Positions 14,228 to 28,400 of a stretch of 64,000 nt of DNA are shown in pieces; positions within the stretch are counted from its first letter, which is position 1; each line of letters starts with the position of its first letter. Source of the stretch: Ptychomitrium polyphyllum (lineage: Eukaryota); the NCBI GenBank assembly GCA_973851085.1, contig OZ316775.1, forward strand, positions 8,618,001-8,682,000, in the 5' to 3' direction. Both the position numbers and the translations under genes were made by a program. Under the pieces are notes generated by a model that saw only the letters and a list, made by a program, of their open reading frames with translations, made no database searches and had not been told where the DNA came from.

Positions 14228-14948
14228 CCCTGCTTTCTTTGTCCTCTCTCCGGCTCTTACTCGAAACTGACGCTCTCAAATCTTGTCGAATGAATACCAA
14301 CACAGAAACAAACCGCGTTAAGGATAATTCCCGATGAAATACATTATACGACATGTTGACAAGTCTTCTAAATGAAGAACGTCAAAAATGTGCGGGCAAA
14401 CATTGAGTTCACAAACATGGAAATCACACATCCTCCCATTTCCCTCAAATATTCTCAACATCTGAACATTCGAGGCTATCCTTCACAATTTGCCACAGAT
14501 TTTGAACATGGTGGCTATAGCAGAAATGGCACCCTTAAAACATGAGGAGCATCTAAACTATTAACATGAAAATCCTGGCAATGTTAAGAACGCTGCGTGT
14601 CGTTTTGGTTTTGAAGCAACCGAATGTCATTACCCAATAGGGTTTTGAAGGAAAAAACCCGACACTTTTTCATAGAAGTAGAGATTCCATTCAACTGACC
14701 AGCGCAAGAACGAGAGAACAGGCACCGATATACAATTGAGCGTGCCAAATGAAAAGAGTATCATCCCAAGCTCGCGTGCAAGGTTAGTACGTGTGCATGT
14801 GTGTGTGTTCTCTCCACCACCAACCCAGTTTCAGTTGTATATAATCTCTCAATGCTCAACTAGGCCGACAAGCGAGGTGGTGAATACTTACGAGGCTCCT
14901 CATCCGCCAATCTCACCACTCTCACCTCAACCCGTTGCCACACGTCCT

Positions 14949-15243
14949 TCCCTCTCTCTCCCTCTCCCTCTCCCGAGATTCACAATCAAACACCAAGTGA
15001 AATCCCACAAGAAGCAGGCAGCTACCTCATGACAAAGCAAGCACCACTTCCAGTACTCACTCTCTCTCGCACGTCCTTACCCCCCTCTCTCCTCTCACCC
15101 TCTCTCTCTCTCTCTTCTCGTTCTCTCTCTTTCTCTCTCTACTCCCTCGCTCTCTCTCGCTCTCTGCGTCGTTCTGGCGTAGTTGATGTGGCTCCACCAA
15201 CACAATGCCACGGCCACGGCTACGGCCACGGCCACGGCCACAG
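14949..15243. repeat. (CT/GA)n microsatellite tract and (CACGGC)n repeat; probably in the 5' UTR exon of the DHD/SDH gene
   Basis: CT-rich runs at 14949-15165 and CACGGC-like units at ~15209-15243. A minus-strand donor CTC|GTAAGT lies at ~14891. Confidence 0.7.
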
Positions 15244-17659
15244 GGAAATGAAAGAGGATGAATGAGAAATAGGCAAGTCAAAGGTGGATGAAAAGTTGCA
15301 GTTTGTAGCCCACCAGCCTTGACTCCACCCCCTCGCTTGCATCCCTCCTTTGCCACTGCCCCGTACACTGCACCCTGGTCCTTGGTGAGCCACACGGGTC
15401 GTGTAAATGGAAAAAAAGGTTGTTTGTGATAAAAATAGGATTGTTATGAGCGTGAGCAAAAAGGTTGTGGTTATGAGCGAAATGATCATTGGAAGCCAAA
15501 ATGGTCGTTGTAAGAATAAAGATTGTTGCAATGGAGGTATTTGAATGCGGAGATCTGCGTGTGGAGGCGTTTATGCGGAAGTCAATCTGCGAAGGTTTAT
15601 GTACAGTAGCAATGGCAGCGAAGCCCTTATGGTATGGCAGTGAAGGCAAGGTGGTAAAGGCGAAGTAGCATTGAGGCAAGAACATGGCAATGTGGAAGTA
15701 GGGTTAAGGTTTGCAAGGGCAGAATCAAGACCAAGGGGGATGGTGGGACCAGAAAAACAAGTCAGAATATGATTAGTCTTATAATCTTTATGATCTAATT
15801 ATTTTATTTTATTTTTTAATTTCATCTACGTCCTCTTTTATTGTTGTATGCATAACATGTTGTTAATAATGAAGATCAAATTCAAAGAGTTGTTGCAGTA
15901 CATTCCAATTTGAAGCAAAGTTATGGTATATTTTTCCAAAAATTAAATTTTGGAAAATAATTAAAAGTTGAAAATAACTTTTGAATAAAGATCTTCAAGA
16001 AGGCCATACCAATGGTCATGGAAAACTTAAATTTTGCCCAACATCATGATATTTTGTGCTATGTTTGTCTTTATAGCGGTGCTTATTATTTCTAGCAACA
16101 AAGATTTTGTTTAGAAGATTATGTATATTTGTAACATGAAGCACCTAATATTCTTAATATAAAGGTGAGGTGGACAATTTTTGGTGTATAAAATGTATTG
16201 TCCAATGCTATATTGTTGCTTAAGGATAAAGATGGTAGAAAGAATCAAAAACATTCCAAAAATTGTACTCCATATTATCTTCCTGTTTATGGTATTTTGT
16301 ATTTTGAATAAATAATTGTTTTAGTGAGTTTTCCTTGTTTTGTGTGTATTAAGAAGAAAAATATGGCTACCCTCTTACTATGTGATTAATGCTAATATAA
16401 TTGGCATATGCAATATTTGACACCATTTCTTTTTACACTACCTTTTGAAGATTGCATTTGTCATTATTGCAAATAATCTTCTAATTGACATATCTTATTA
16501 TATAAAATGTTGAGGAAAAAATTGTAACTTATTTACTAAAATTGAAGATCAAGACTTCAAAGAAAGAAGCTATTCAAAAAGCTTGATTTAGAATATCAAA
16601 GTCTTGTAACATAGGTGATTTACAAATAGCCATGTAAAGAAATATATTCTATTTTAGAAATAATTGATTAATGATTCTCTTCTTCATTCATGTTCTACAA
16701 ATTCAAAAATTTTACTACCAATTATTCCTTTCAATACATTAAATATTTTTAGTTCAACTTTAAGTGGATGTTATCAAAAGCTAATATAATTAAAAATATT
16801 CTATGATCGATTTAATTCCATATTTTTAATGACAAAATTGTAGTCAACTTCTTTTGTATTAAGCAAAAAAATATAATTTGCTAGCAAAAAATCAATTGTT
16901 TCAAATATTCTATTAATATCAATAGAATAACCTAATGAAAAAAAAGTTTAAAATTAGGTCATGATTTAGATGCCATTAGTGAAGAAGTTTTTTGTACAAG
17001 TATAAAAATAATTTTTGGTGGATAGCAAACTACCTTCCACCTTTGTAAATTTGGCATTCTTGCTTTAAACATACTTCCTTTATGTACAAATTCTTCATGT
17101 ACATAATTCAAAGCATTTTACAATGCATGAATAAAAAAAAATTCTTTTAAATATTTGCAATCTATAATATGTTTTAAATTTGAATATATATACAATTATT
17201 ATAACTAAGTTGTGGAAAAAATAGTTGTTTGTAATTGCTATAATTTGGAGCATGCATTAATTAAATTGAAGACATATTTTTTTATGGACGTGTAATTTTT
17301 ATCCATCTAAAAATCAATAGCGTATATAAAAAATATCTAATTTGCGGAACTTGAATTAATTCATTAATATAATTAAGAAAAAATACAACAAATTCATAAA
17401 ATACATACATTCTTTTATTAATTCAATACAAGTATTAATAATTATCATTTCAAAAGAATAAAAATATAATAATATAGTTGGTAGTACTTCATATAAAACT
17501 TCAATAATAATAATTGTGCTATGTAATAAATTATAAATATAGAAATTTCATTGTTCTTTGGCCATTCTATCATATGTCTTTAGATTATCTTTAAGATTCT
17601 CAACTATGATAGAAGTGTAATTTTGTCTTTTGTAGTAAGAAAATTTGTAAGAATGATAG

Positions 17660-18018
17660 TGTTACGGATAGAATAATTACAAGATAAGGCTCTAGGATTT
17701 CAGGATGTGGAACAAGATAAATCCAAATATATTAGAAATATAGAGTTATAACAAGGTATAAAAGACAAGGCTAGAAGATCTAAACTAGACCACAAGAAAT
17801 GCGTTGTCGAGACTAAAGAGCTCTTTAGCCTCAATTCCTATATATACTAGAACTACAAGCCTTGGAAGCTTCTTGAGAAGCTTCACCTACATTGCTTTCT
17901 ATTCAAACAACCTTGAGTTACTTCCTTGGGAGTTTCCTAGGCTACCATAACTTCCTTAGAAGCTTCATAAATCTTCTAAGAATCTTTCTCGATGCTTCTA
18001 ATATATATGTCCGTAACA
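17660..18018 (-). repeat. 3' LTR of element B
   Basis: TGTTACGG...CCGTAACA inverted termini; matches 29674-30032. Confidence 0.92.
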
Positions 18019-19102
18019 TCACCTCCCTTTCTAGCTCCAAGGTTTCCAAGGAGCAACAAATGCTTAGAGTTGTAAAAAGTAAAAATTTATCGCATGGTAT
18101 CTACAACATATTCCAATTACCTTTCTCGATTCAAATGGTTTATGTGTCTTTATAACCACCAATAGTATCCAACGCCTTCTACTTGGAACTATGCATGAAC
18201 TTTTGTATCTTTGTTGTAAAATTGTCCTTCAAACACAGCTTCTAGATAACTTTTGTAAGCTGGCTCTATTTCAAAGACAATCACCAACAATCTATTGCTA
18301 GGTATCCTCCGACGTCTTCTTAGTCCGATGTATTCTTCATTACGAGGTCATCAACAAGAACCACTTGATTGAATTGACACCACTAACATAGTATTTGCAT
18401 CTTGACTGTCTATATGTAATATGTTGAGCTAGTCTCAAAAAACTATAACAAACTTCAAAATAAAAACGACTAAATTGTAAATCATGACTGGGACCTAGGA
18501 AATTTATGATCTAAAAATTGCTTTATCTCCTACTTAAAAGCCCAAGCATCAATAGTCTTCAAGGTTATGCAGTCTTACTGAGCCACTATTCCATCTATTG
18601 CTACTTTTGGTTTGGATGGATGTTGTCAATGGAACTCACAAACTTTTATTGGTGAATTGGCATAGTTATTAACTAGCTCCCATGCACGTTCACTAATGTC
18701 ATATCCGCGCTAATGTACCAAGTATTTTAGCTTTCCACGTGTTATCTGTGAGTCAAGCACTTCTTCCACTTCAAATTAATGATGATCGTTGATTTCAACC
18801 ACAAGTGGTGGTAGCTGCCTTTGTCGAGGGTTATTTGATTCCTTATAAGTCTCCAAAAGTGAAACGTGAAAGACAAGATGTACCTTCATTGATATTGGTA
18901 GTTTTAAACAATATGCCATGTGGTTGACTTGTTTTTTGATTGCAAATGGTTCCAATCTGCGATAGTCCAGCTTGTTACATGGCCTACTGGTTTTTATATT
19001 GCGTCAAAAGAGCCACATCTTTTCACCAACTTGGAATGGAGGTTGTTCCTTCCTTCTTGCATCTGCTGCCGTTTTGTATAGTTTTCTAGCTTCTTCTAGT
19101 TG

Positions 19103-22100
19103 TGTCACGGACATAGATCATGCAACATACTCCTTAGAACATTCTAGAACCTTCTAATATACTATAATAGCTTCTTAGAATACATTTAAATGTCTCCATA
19201 GCCTTTCCATGCTTTTAGGAAGCTTCCTAGGAAAGTTCTTCCATCTTAGTAAACTTCCTAGGAAGTTTCTATCATCTTAGGAAATTTCTTAGAAAACTTC
19301 ATACAAAGATTCCATCACCTTAGGAAACTTCCTAGGAAAGTTCTACCTCATTAGAAAACTTCCTAAGAAGGTTCCACTACCTTAGGTAACTTCCTATGAA
19401 GATTCCAACTCCTTGGAAGCTTCTTATGAAGGTTCCCTAGACTTCCAGAATATTCTTAAAACTTATAGGAAGCTTCTTTAGAAGTATCCTAGGAGATACA
19501 AACATCATAGTATAAGTAGGAGGCAAGACAAGATATTCTTTAGTCTTGCCAATACAAGTTGTGGATCATATTGAATCCTACCTTGTTCTAATCTTTGTAT
19601 CAAGTTTTGTTTAAGAATTAGCTCCTTGAAAGCTAATTCTTTGGGAAACACTTTGTTTCTGCTTTTTGTTTCTTGTGACCCTAACAGTTTGGCAAGACTA
19701 TTCTTCATCTTTGTCAGAGCTAAGGTTCTTTGGAAAAGATTGTAGATTACCCATCTTCTTTAGGATTCCATAGCGTTTTAGAGGTTGTAGAATACCCTCT
19801 TTTAAGCTAGCACCATAGAGTTGGTTTCTCCTTCTAGAACCAAGTACTACTTCTTTCAAAGGACGTGGATTAGCCTCTTTTGAAGGTACTCATAGTCTTC
19901 TTATCTTTGCCAATCTTAAGAAATGGATAACGTGCCTGGAACATTAAAGAATAGGTTAGCAATTATTGCAAACTTTCAAGAGTTATTATATACAATTCAA
20001 ACGCAACTCGCTTGCTTTCACACCACCAATAATATAGAGCAATACACTCAGCAAGCTGAAGAATCGAATGGTGATAATAAAAGCCTATATCAAGAGGTTG
20101 TTCAATTGCGGGAGGCCAATATTGGAAGAGAAGGCTTACGTCAAACCCATGCCGAGCCAAAGATTAGTATGCGAGACAAGTTTGATGGATCAAGATCAAA
20201 ATTGAGAGGCTTTGTTCAACAAGTAAGACTCTTCCTTAGTTTGCATCAATCTCACTATTTTGACGGCACAAATTATGTAGTCTCCAACAAGGACAGCGCT
20301 CAGCTGCTATATATGCTGCAGAATTTCGACAATTAACTTGCGACCTTGATTGGAATGATAAAGTCTTGGTTACACAATTTTGATGGGGCTTAAGAAAGAA
20401 TGTCAAGGACTTGCTACTCACAATGCTAAGAATTGAAACATTGGACAAATTCATCACTCAAGCAATAGCATGTGACAACAGACTATTTGAGAGGCGCCAA
20501 GAACAACGCTTGGGATGGCGACCAGTACATCAAAGCATAGCTACCACTTCTTCAAGAATATCGGTAGGTCGACTACAAGGACCAAAACCTATGCAAATTG
20601 ATGCTGCCCAGTTCAGACGTTTGACTCCAGAAGAAAAAGAAAGGCGTCAAAGAGAAAACCTATGTTTGTATTGTGGCAAGTCTAGACATAAAGTGCGCGA
20701 TTGCCAAATCAAAGGATCTGCTTTTAAGGCTCAGAGCACAATGGTGGAGTTGGAAAACAAGGCTGTCCAGTCACAATAGGGACCATGCGACTGGACACCA
20801 CAAGGAAACGACCATCAAATCAAGGTCTCTTACTACCTTCAAGCCCTACCTCTTGTTTTACATTTCCTATCAAAATTAAATTGTTAGATGATGAAATAGT
20901 TAGTGAGGCTCTATTAGACGTTGGTACAACGGCATGTTTCATGGACAAGGATTTTGCAACCAAACATCACATGGTGCTTATGAATAAAAAATATCCCGCA
21001 CCTGTTGAATTTATTGATGGACGATCTCTTGCGTCTGGCAACGTTATTGAAGAAACTCAATCCTTGGAGGTTATTTTAAGGGACCAGACATCTAAAATTG
21101 CCTTCAACATCATTCAATGCCGTACAAATCCTATTGTCTTGGGCCTTCCTTGGTTTGAATTACATAATCCAGATATTGACTAGCGCTCACGGAGTGTGGT
21201 CTCAAAGAAAATACGTCAATATACAAGAAATCTTGGGCCATCATTTATTGGAGCTAAGGCATTTATGAGAGCGGCAAAAGATGAACCAATCTATGCCGTT
21301 TATGCCACGCCAATGTCTAGCTCAACAATAGAGACTAATCAAAACATACCTCATCAATATCAAGATTATAAAGACGTTTTTGAAAAGAAGAATGCAGACA
21401 TGTTACCAAAGCACCGGCCTTACGATTGTACCATTGAGTTGCAAGAAGGAGCCCAATCACCTTTTGGATCTATTTATAACTTATCACAATTTGAGTTGGC
21501 TGCCTTGAGAGAATATATTGATGAAAACCTTGGAAAGGGTTTCATTCAACACTCTAAATCATCTGCTGGAGCATCCATTCTGTTTGTAAAGAAGAAAGAT
21601 GGATCATTACGTATGTGCGTGGATTATTGAGGTCTCAATAAAGTAACAAAGAAGAATTGCTATCCATTACCATTAATCTCAAGACTCCTACAACAACTTG
21701 GCCAAGCAAAGAAATTTACCAAAATTGATCTTAGAGGAGCCTACAACCTTGTACGCATCAAAAAAGGAGACAAATAGAAGACAGCTTTTCGATCTAGGTA
21801 TGGTCATTTTGAATACAATGTCTTGCCTTTTGGACTTACTAATGCTCCCGTAGTCTTCCAATATATGATGAATGATATCCTCCATGAACATTTGGATGAT
21901 TTTGTAGTCATATATTTGGATAACATTTTGATATATTCAAAGGATGAACAAAACCACAAATGTCATGTACGACTGGTTTTAATAAAACTATGCCAGCGAG
22001 GATTATATGCCAAATTGGAGAAGTGCCTTTTCCATGAATTCTCGCTTGAATTTTTAGGTTATATTGTTTCCAAAGGAGGAATCCATATGGATAAGAAGAA

Positions 22101-25100
22101 ACTAAGCAATGTCATGGAGTGGAGTACGCCAAGATCAATTCGAGATGTTCAATGCTTCTTGGAATTTGCAAACTTCTACAGGATATTTTTTAAGGATTAT
22201 TCCAAGATTGCGGCACCATTAACACGTCTTACAAGGAAGTAAAAATTCATTTGGAATGAAGAAGCGGAAAAAACATTTCAAAGTCTTAAGAAGTCATTCA
22301 CGTCAACTCCAATCCTTATTCATCCAAATCCATCAAAGCCTTTCTATTTGGAAGCGGATGCCTCAGATTTTGCGCTTGGCTCAGTACTCTCAGAATATGA
22401 TGAAGACGGGAGATTTCAATCTCTTGCCTTTCGTTCAAGGAACATCTCAGCGGCAGAGATCAACTATGATATACATGATAAAGAACTACTTGCAATTGTG
22501 GATGCGTTTGAAGAATGGCGGCACTTATTAGAAAGAGCTCAACATACCATCACGATATACACAGACCACAAGAACTTGGAGAATTTCATGAGTGCGCGCG
22601 TTTTGAATCGCCGTCAAGCAAGGTGGAGTATGTTGCTTTTCAAATTTTACTTTGTCATTACCTATCAAGATGGTAGCTTACAAGGTAAGTCAGATGCGTT
22701 ATCTCGAAGATCTTAATTGGTTCTTCCTCCTAGAGATGATGTTTTGAATCAATAAAGGACTATTTTATTAAAGCCAGAGAATCTTCAATTAAAAGCAATG
22801 GTTATTAGAACAACATCCCATCTTGACAAAATTTGGAAGGCTTTGAAGAATGATGTATTTGTCTCAAATATAAAGAAGCGCCTCAAAGACAATGGAGATC
22901 CTTCAAATAGCGATGAGGACTTTGAATTTCAAGAGGGTCCACTTTATTATAAAGGAATTTTGTTCCTACCTCAAAACTCTTTGCGGTTGAAGATCTTTCA
23001 AATAAGTCATGATTTTCCAGCAGCAAGACATTTTGGATTCAATAAAACAATGGGGTTGATTGCTAGAGATTATTGGTGGCCACAAATGTGGAAGTACGTG
23101 AAGGACTATGTTCAATCATGCAACACTTGTGTAAGAGCCAAGGTACCAAGAAACCAACCTCATGGTCTTCTCCATCCGCTTCTAGTACCAAAGGGCCCAT
23201 GGTTGTCTTTGTCAATGAATTTTGTTACGGACCTTCCAAATTCCGATTCTAAAGATTCTATTTTGGTAGTGGTGGATTGATTTATCAAAATGACACATTT
23301 CATTCTATGCAATAAGACGGTATTGGGAGAAGAAACTACTAAGTTGTTCCTAAATCACGTCAACCGCATACATGGACTACCAGATGATATTGTACCCGAT
23401 CAAGGGTTGCAGTTCATTTCCAACTTTTGAAAGGCTCTATTCCAGCTGTTGCGTATAAAGATCATTCTTTCTTTAGCACACCATCTGCAAACTGATGGCC
23501 AAACTGAACATGTGAATCAAATTTTGGAGTAGTACCTTTGTTGTAGCATAAACTACCAGCAAGACAACTAGATGGATCTCTTGCCTTTGGCAGAGTTTTT
23601 TTACAACAATACAATGCATTCTTCAACAACTCAAAGTCCATTCTTTGCAAACTATGGCCATCATCTTTGAGCAGATCCTTTTCAAGTGAAGTATGTTGGA
23701 AGTCCTGCAGCAGAGGATTTTGCAATTCAACTTGCTAAAATCTATCAAGGAATTACCTTCCAATTACAACAAACTCAAGATCGTTACAAAACTTATGCAA
23801 ATTGCCATAAAAAAAACCATCCAAAGTCCAAGGTTGGAGATAATGTATGGCTTCCACGACAAAATATACAAACAAAAAAACCATCAAAGAAGTTGAACTA
23901 TCAAAGGCTGGGACCGTTTGAAATCAACAAACAGATAAATCTGGTTAATTATTGCTCAAAACTACCACCAAGCATGCAAATTCATCTAATATTTCATGTA
24001 TCGTTGTTGGAAACCTATAACAAATTATATATATCAGAGAGGATTGTCCCTCTGGCCCTTTTGCTAGAAATCAATAATGAAATAAAACATGAAATTGAAG
24101 AGATCTTAGATTCACGCACTAAGAACAGACATGTGGAGTACCTTATACATTGGCAAGGATATGGCATCAATGACCAAACATGGAAACCTTCAACGAATGT
24201 AACAAATGCATCCGAGAAGATACGCGAATTTCATCAAAGATGTCCTCAAAAACTAGGTCAGTGATGATGTGTCATCAATAGCCATTAGCTTCACAGAGAA
24301 GTTTTTCCTTAATAAATAAGTATAAGAAAGGAGGAGAGATATCCAAACCTCCAATTGTATGCAGCATTATTTCCAAGATAGATTATTTTTAAATCCTAGA
24401 TAGTATGTTAAATCTTTGTGTAATCATGAATATGCATGAAGAGTGGTCGGCCATGCCTTCATCAACAACAGCATCTGTTGAGCCAACTCAACTTTCAGCC
24501 TTTGGTAATGGAGGATCTAAGTCAAGATATGAGAGGGACATTCCAATGTTGAGTACGACCTCGTACAAAAGTATTGGCTAATTGCCCTTCACATTCTAGT
24601 CTTGATTCAGATGCTCGCGCTCTAATCATCTTATTAGAAGTTGGAAGAGTCACTCCTAGAGGACCCAAAATCTTGTTTGGAGGTTGTTTTGAAGGACTTA
24701 ATTAAGATCAGATCTTAGGATGGGACATTTCAACAACACAAGTCTTGGCTAGTGGCCATTGGCGCTTTTTGCAAGGACTAGTTGAACCAGTGAATAAAGA
24801 ACAACAAGCAGAGTATGTTATTCACTCCTTCGATAAATTTTGGAATTTATAGAAATGTGACAAGCAAGCCAAAAAAAGAGCTCCTCATGGAACTCGTTGC
24901 AAAATGAAGAAGTGATGTCACGGACCTAAATCATGCAATATAGTCCTTAGAACATTCTAAAACCTTCTAGTATACTATAATAGCTTCTTAGAATACTTTT
25001 AAATGTCTCCATAGCCTTTTTATGTTTTTAGGAAGCTTCTTAGGAATGTTCTTAGGAAGCTTTTCAAGAAAGTTCTACTTCTTTAGAAAACTTACTAAGA

Positions 25101-25418
25101 AGGTTCCGCTATTTTAGGAAACTTCCAAGGAAAATTTCAACTCCTTGGAAGCTTTTTGGAAAGGTTCCTTAGACCTCCAGAATATTCTTAAGCCTTGTAA
25201 GAAGTTTCTTTAGAAGTATCCTAAGAGATACAAATATCATAGTAAAAATAGGAGGCAAGACAAGGTATTCCTTAGTCTTGCCAACACAAGTTGTAGATCA
25301 TCTTGAATCCTGCCTTGTTTTAGTATTTGTATCAAGTTCTTGTTAATCATTAGCTCCTTGGAAGCTAATTCGTTCGGAAATACATCGTTTCTGTTTCTTA
25401 TTTCTTGTATTTTTAATA
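19103..25418 (+). mobile_element. Ty3/Gypsy chromovirus, element A (decayed), nested in the integrase of element B
   Basis: LTRs 19103-19686 and 24916-~25418; TSD AGTTG/AATTG (1 mismatch). Gag 19923-20779 with CCHC knuckle and an internal deletion relative to element C, then protease, RT (YLDNIL), RNase H, integrase, and chromodomain ending at 24264. The integrase frame of B rejoins across the insertion (LQTNMKTQ|LEEARKLYK). Confidence 0.93.
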
Positions 25419-28400
25419 AATTGAGTCTTCATATTTGTTTGAAGCTTTGCCATCATTTTGGCAAATTCCTCTGCTGTTGAATTTTTAGATCATGGAGGCT
25501 CTAACATATCCATTTTTAGATGATGTCCATAATTGGAGTAAAATGGTGTTTGTTGGGTGGAAGCGAGAGTGGTGTTGTTGTAGGCAATCTTAGCTAATGC
25601 CAAGTAAGAAGTCCAATCATCTTATTCATAGTTGATGGTACACTTCAAATATTGCTCCAAGATTTAGTTGACTTTCTTTATTTTGCCATCGATTTAAGGA
25701 TCAAAGGCAAAAAAAAGTTTTATATCTGCCTTAAGGATCTTAAAGAGCGTCTTCTAAAATCTTAATACAAATTGTGGTCCACGATCTGATATAATATTAT
25801 TGGATAATCCATAGTAGCGGTAGACATTATTCATGAAGAGTGTGGCAGTTTTATCATCCGTAATTGTCTTCTTGCAAGGTACAAAATATGCCATCTTGGT
25901 CAATCGGTCTACCACAACAAAGATGGTATCAAAAAAATTTGACGGCGGAAGATCTGTAATGAATTCTATTGAAAGAGATGACCACTCTTGCCTTGGAATA
26001 GGTAGTGGTTGGAGAAGTCCATATGGACGGTGTCGAAGGTTTTTTGACTTAGAGCAGGTATCACATGAGATTACAAACTCCTTAGGAGCCTTCTTTATTT
26101 AAGGCCACCAAAAGTCGAGAGAGAGGAATTCCAAGGTTTTGTTGAATCTAAAATGTCCAGCCGCAGGAAAGTCATAACATGTTTGAAGTACAGAAAGGCA
26201 AACTAGTCCTTCAGGAATATATAGACATTTGTCAAAGTAGAGAAGGTTGTTTTCTAATTTGAATTTAGACACATTTTTAGGGAGGTTGTTGGAATGACGC
26301 TTGATATCAAGAAGAAGAGGGTCCTTGGTAGATGCCACATGCACCTGGTCAAGAAACGATGAATCCACCAAAGTTGAAATGGTGGTTATGCATGTACAAA
26401 ACCGTTTGGGTTTCAATGAAGTTGCTCGTTGTTGATTGTGTGCTGCTTCTCCATTCTTTGGCTCAAGGTGTGATGGCCTTATGAAAGCATCTGATAACCC
26501 TTGCTGTTTTTTGGATCAATATGCGATGCAAAAATCAAATTGAGATAGAAACATACTCCAACAAGTTTGGCGGGATTCAAAACACGGGCTGACATGAAAT
26601 ATTCCAAGTTCTTATGATTTGTATATACAATCACTACATGTGCGGTACTCTTGAGCAAGTGACGCCATTTTTGGAAGGAATCCACAATTGTAAGGAGTTC
26701 CTTGTCGTGGATCTTGTAATTGATTTCTGTAGCTAAATTTTTTCAAAAATAGAATGCAATCGGATAGAGTCTTCCTTCATTCCCCGTTTGCGACAAAACA
26801 GCTTCTAGTGCAAAGTTGGAAGAACTTATCTCAAGATAGAATTGCTTTAAACAATCCAGATGGATTTGAATAGGAGCTGTCGTAAAAGCTTGCTTCAAAA
26901 TTTGGAATGCATCCTCAACATCGGATCTCCACTCAAGCTTTTCCTTGCATGTTAGTTGCGTGAATGGTGTAGCTATTCGAGAATAGTCCTTGATGAAGAT
27001 CTTATAGAAGTTTGCAAATTTAAGAAAGCATTGGACATCACATACTGATTATGGCCTCGTCCAATCACTAACTGCTTTAACCTTCTTTGGATCCATCAAT
27101 AGTCCTTTGTTGCAAATGTTATAACTAAGGAATTCTACTTGAGGTTTGTGGAATACACATTTCTCTAGCTTGACATATAAACCGGCATCTTGTAGCTTTT
27201 GTAGAACTATGTGGACATGCTGTTTATATTCCTCTGGATGCTTTGAATAAATCAAAATATCATACAGATAGCATGCAACAAAATCATTGAAGCACTCCCA
27301 AAATATATCATTCATCAAGTGTTGAAAAATGGCGGGTGCGTTGGTAATTCCAAAAGGCATGACAGTGTATTCAAAATGTCCGTACCTTGTCCGAAATGTT
27401 GTCTTCTATTTATCTCTTTCTTTGATACGCACTAAATTATAGGCTCTTTGCAGGTCTATTTTGGTATAGACCTTTGCTTGGCCAAATTGATCAAGAAGCC
27501 CAAGTATCAACAACAATGGATATCAGTTCTTCACCGTCATTTTGTTGAAGCCGTAGTAATTGACACACATTCGCAAGGATCCATCTTTCTTCTTTATAAA
27601 AAGTATTGGAGCACCTATAGGAGACTTTGAATGTTGTATGAAGTTCTTGGCTAAGTTTTCATCAATATTCTCCCTCATTGATGAAAGCTCGTTTTGGGAT
27701 AAAATATAGATAGGTTCAAATGATAGTTGGGCGCCGTCTTGGAGGTTTATGGCATAGTTGTAAGGACAATGTTCTAGTAGGATGTCTCCATTCTTCTTTT
27801 TAAATACATTGTTGAACTCTTTATACTTTTATAAAATGATTGAGGATGAAGCCACAACTTTGGACGTTGGAATTGCATACACAGCAAAAGAAGCACTAGC
27901 CTTTGATGCTCTCATAAATGCTCTAGCTCCAATGAAGAGAGGCTTTTTATATCTATAAGATGCATCAGCTTCTTCCGTAGGCTTAGTAGTTACAGGCTCT
28001 AATGATGGAAATTCTACTTTGCAAGATGCCCAAGTTGTACTTTTTAAGCTAAAAATGCCTAAACTGATGGGACTTGACGGAGACCTAATGACATTAAATA
28101 TTACTTGGCTATTATGGTTGTTCAATGTTACTGTTAATGTATTGGTTTTGTGAATAACATCTTTGGAAGATAAATGTTGATCATATATGACTTCTATATT
28201 GACGGGTTTGGATTTTCTACTAAAAAAAAACTTATGGGTTTTCATAAATTCTTTGTCAATAAAGCAAGCAAAGGCTCCTAAATCCATTAGAGCAAGGCTT
28301 TTGAGCTTTTGAACACCTAAACAAACAGGTATAATAAAACTAGAGAAAGGATGGGCTAATAAGACAAGACTTTTGTTTTCTTGCGAAGGAAGCGAATTTA

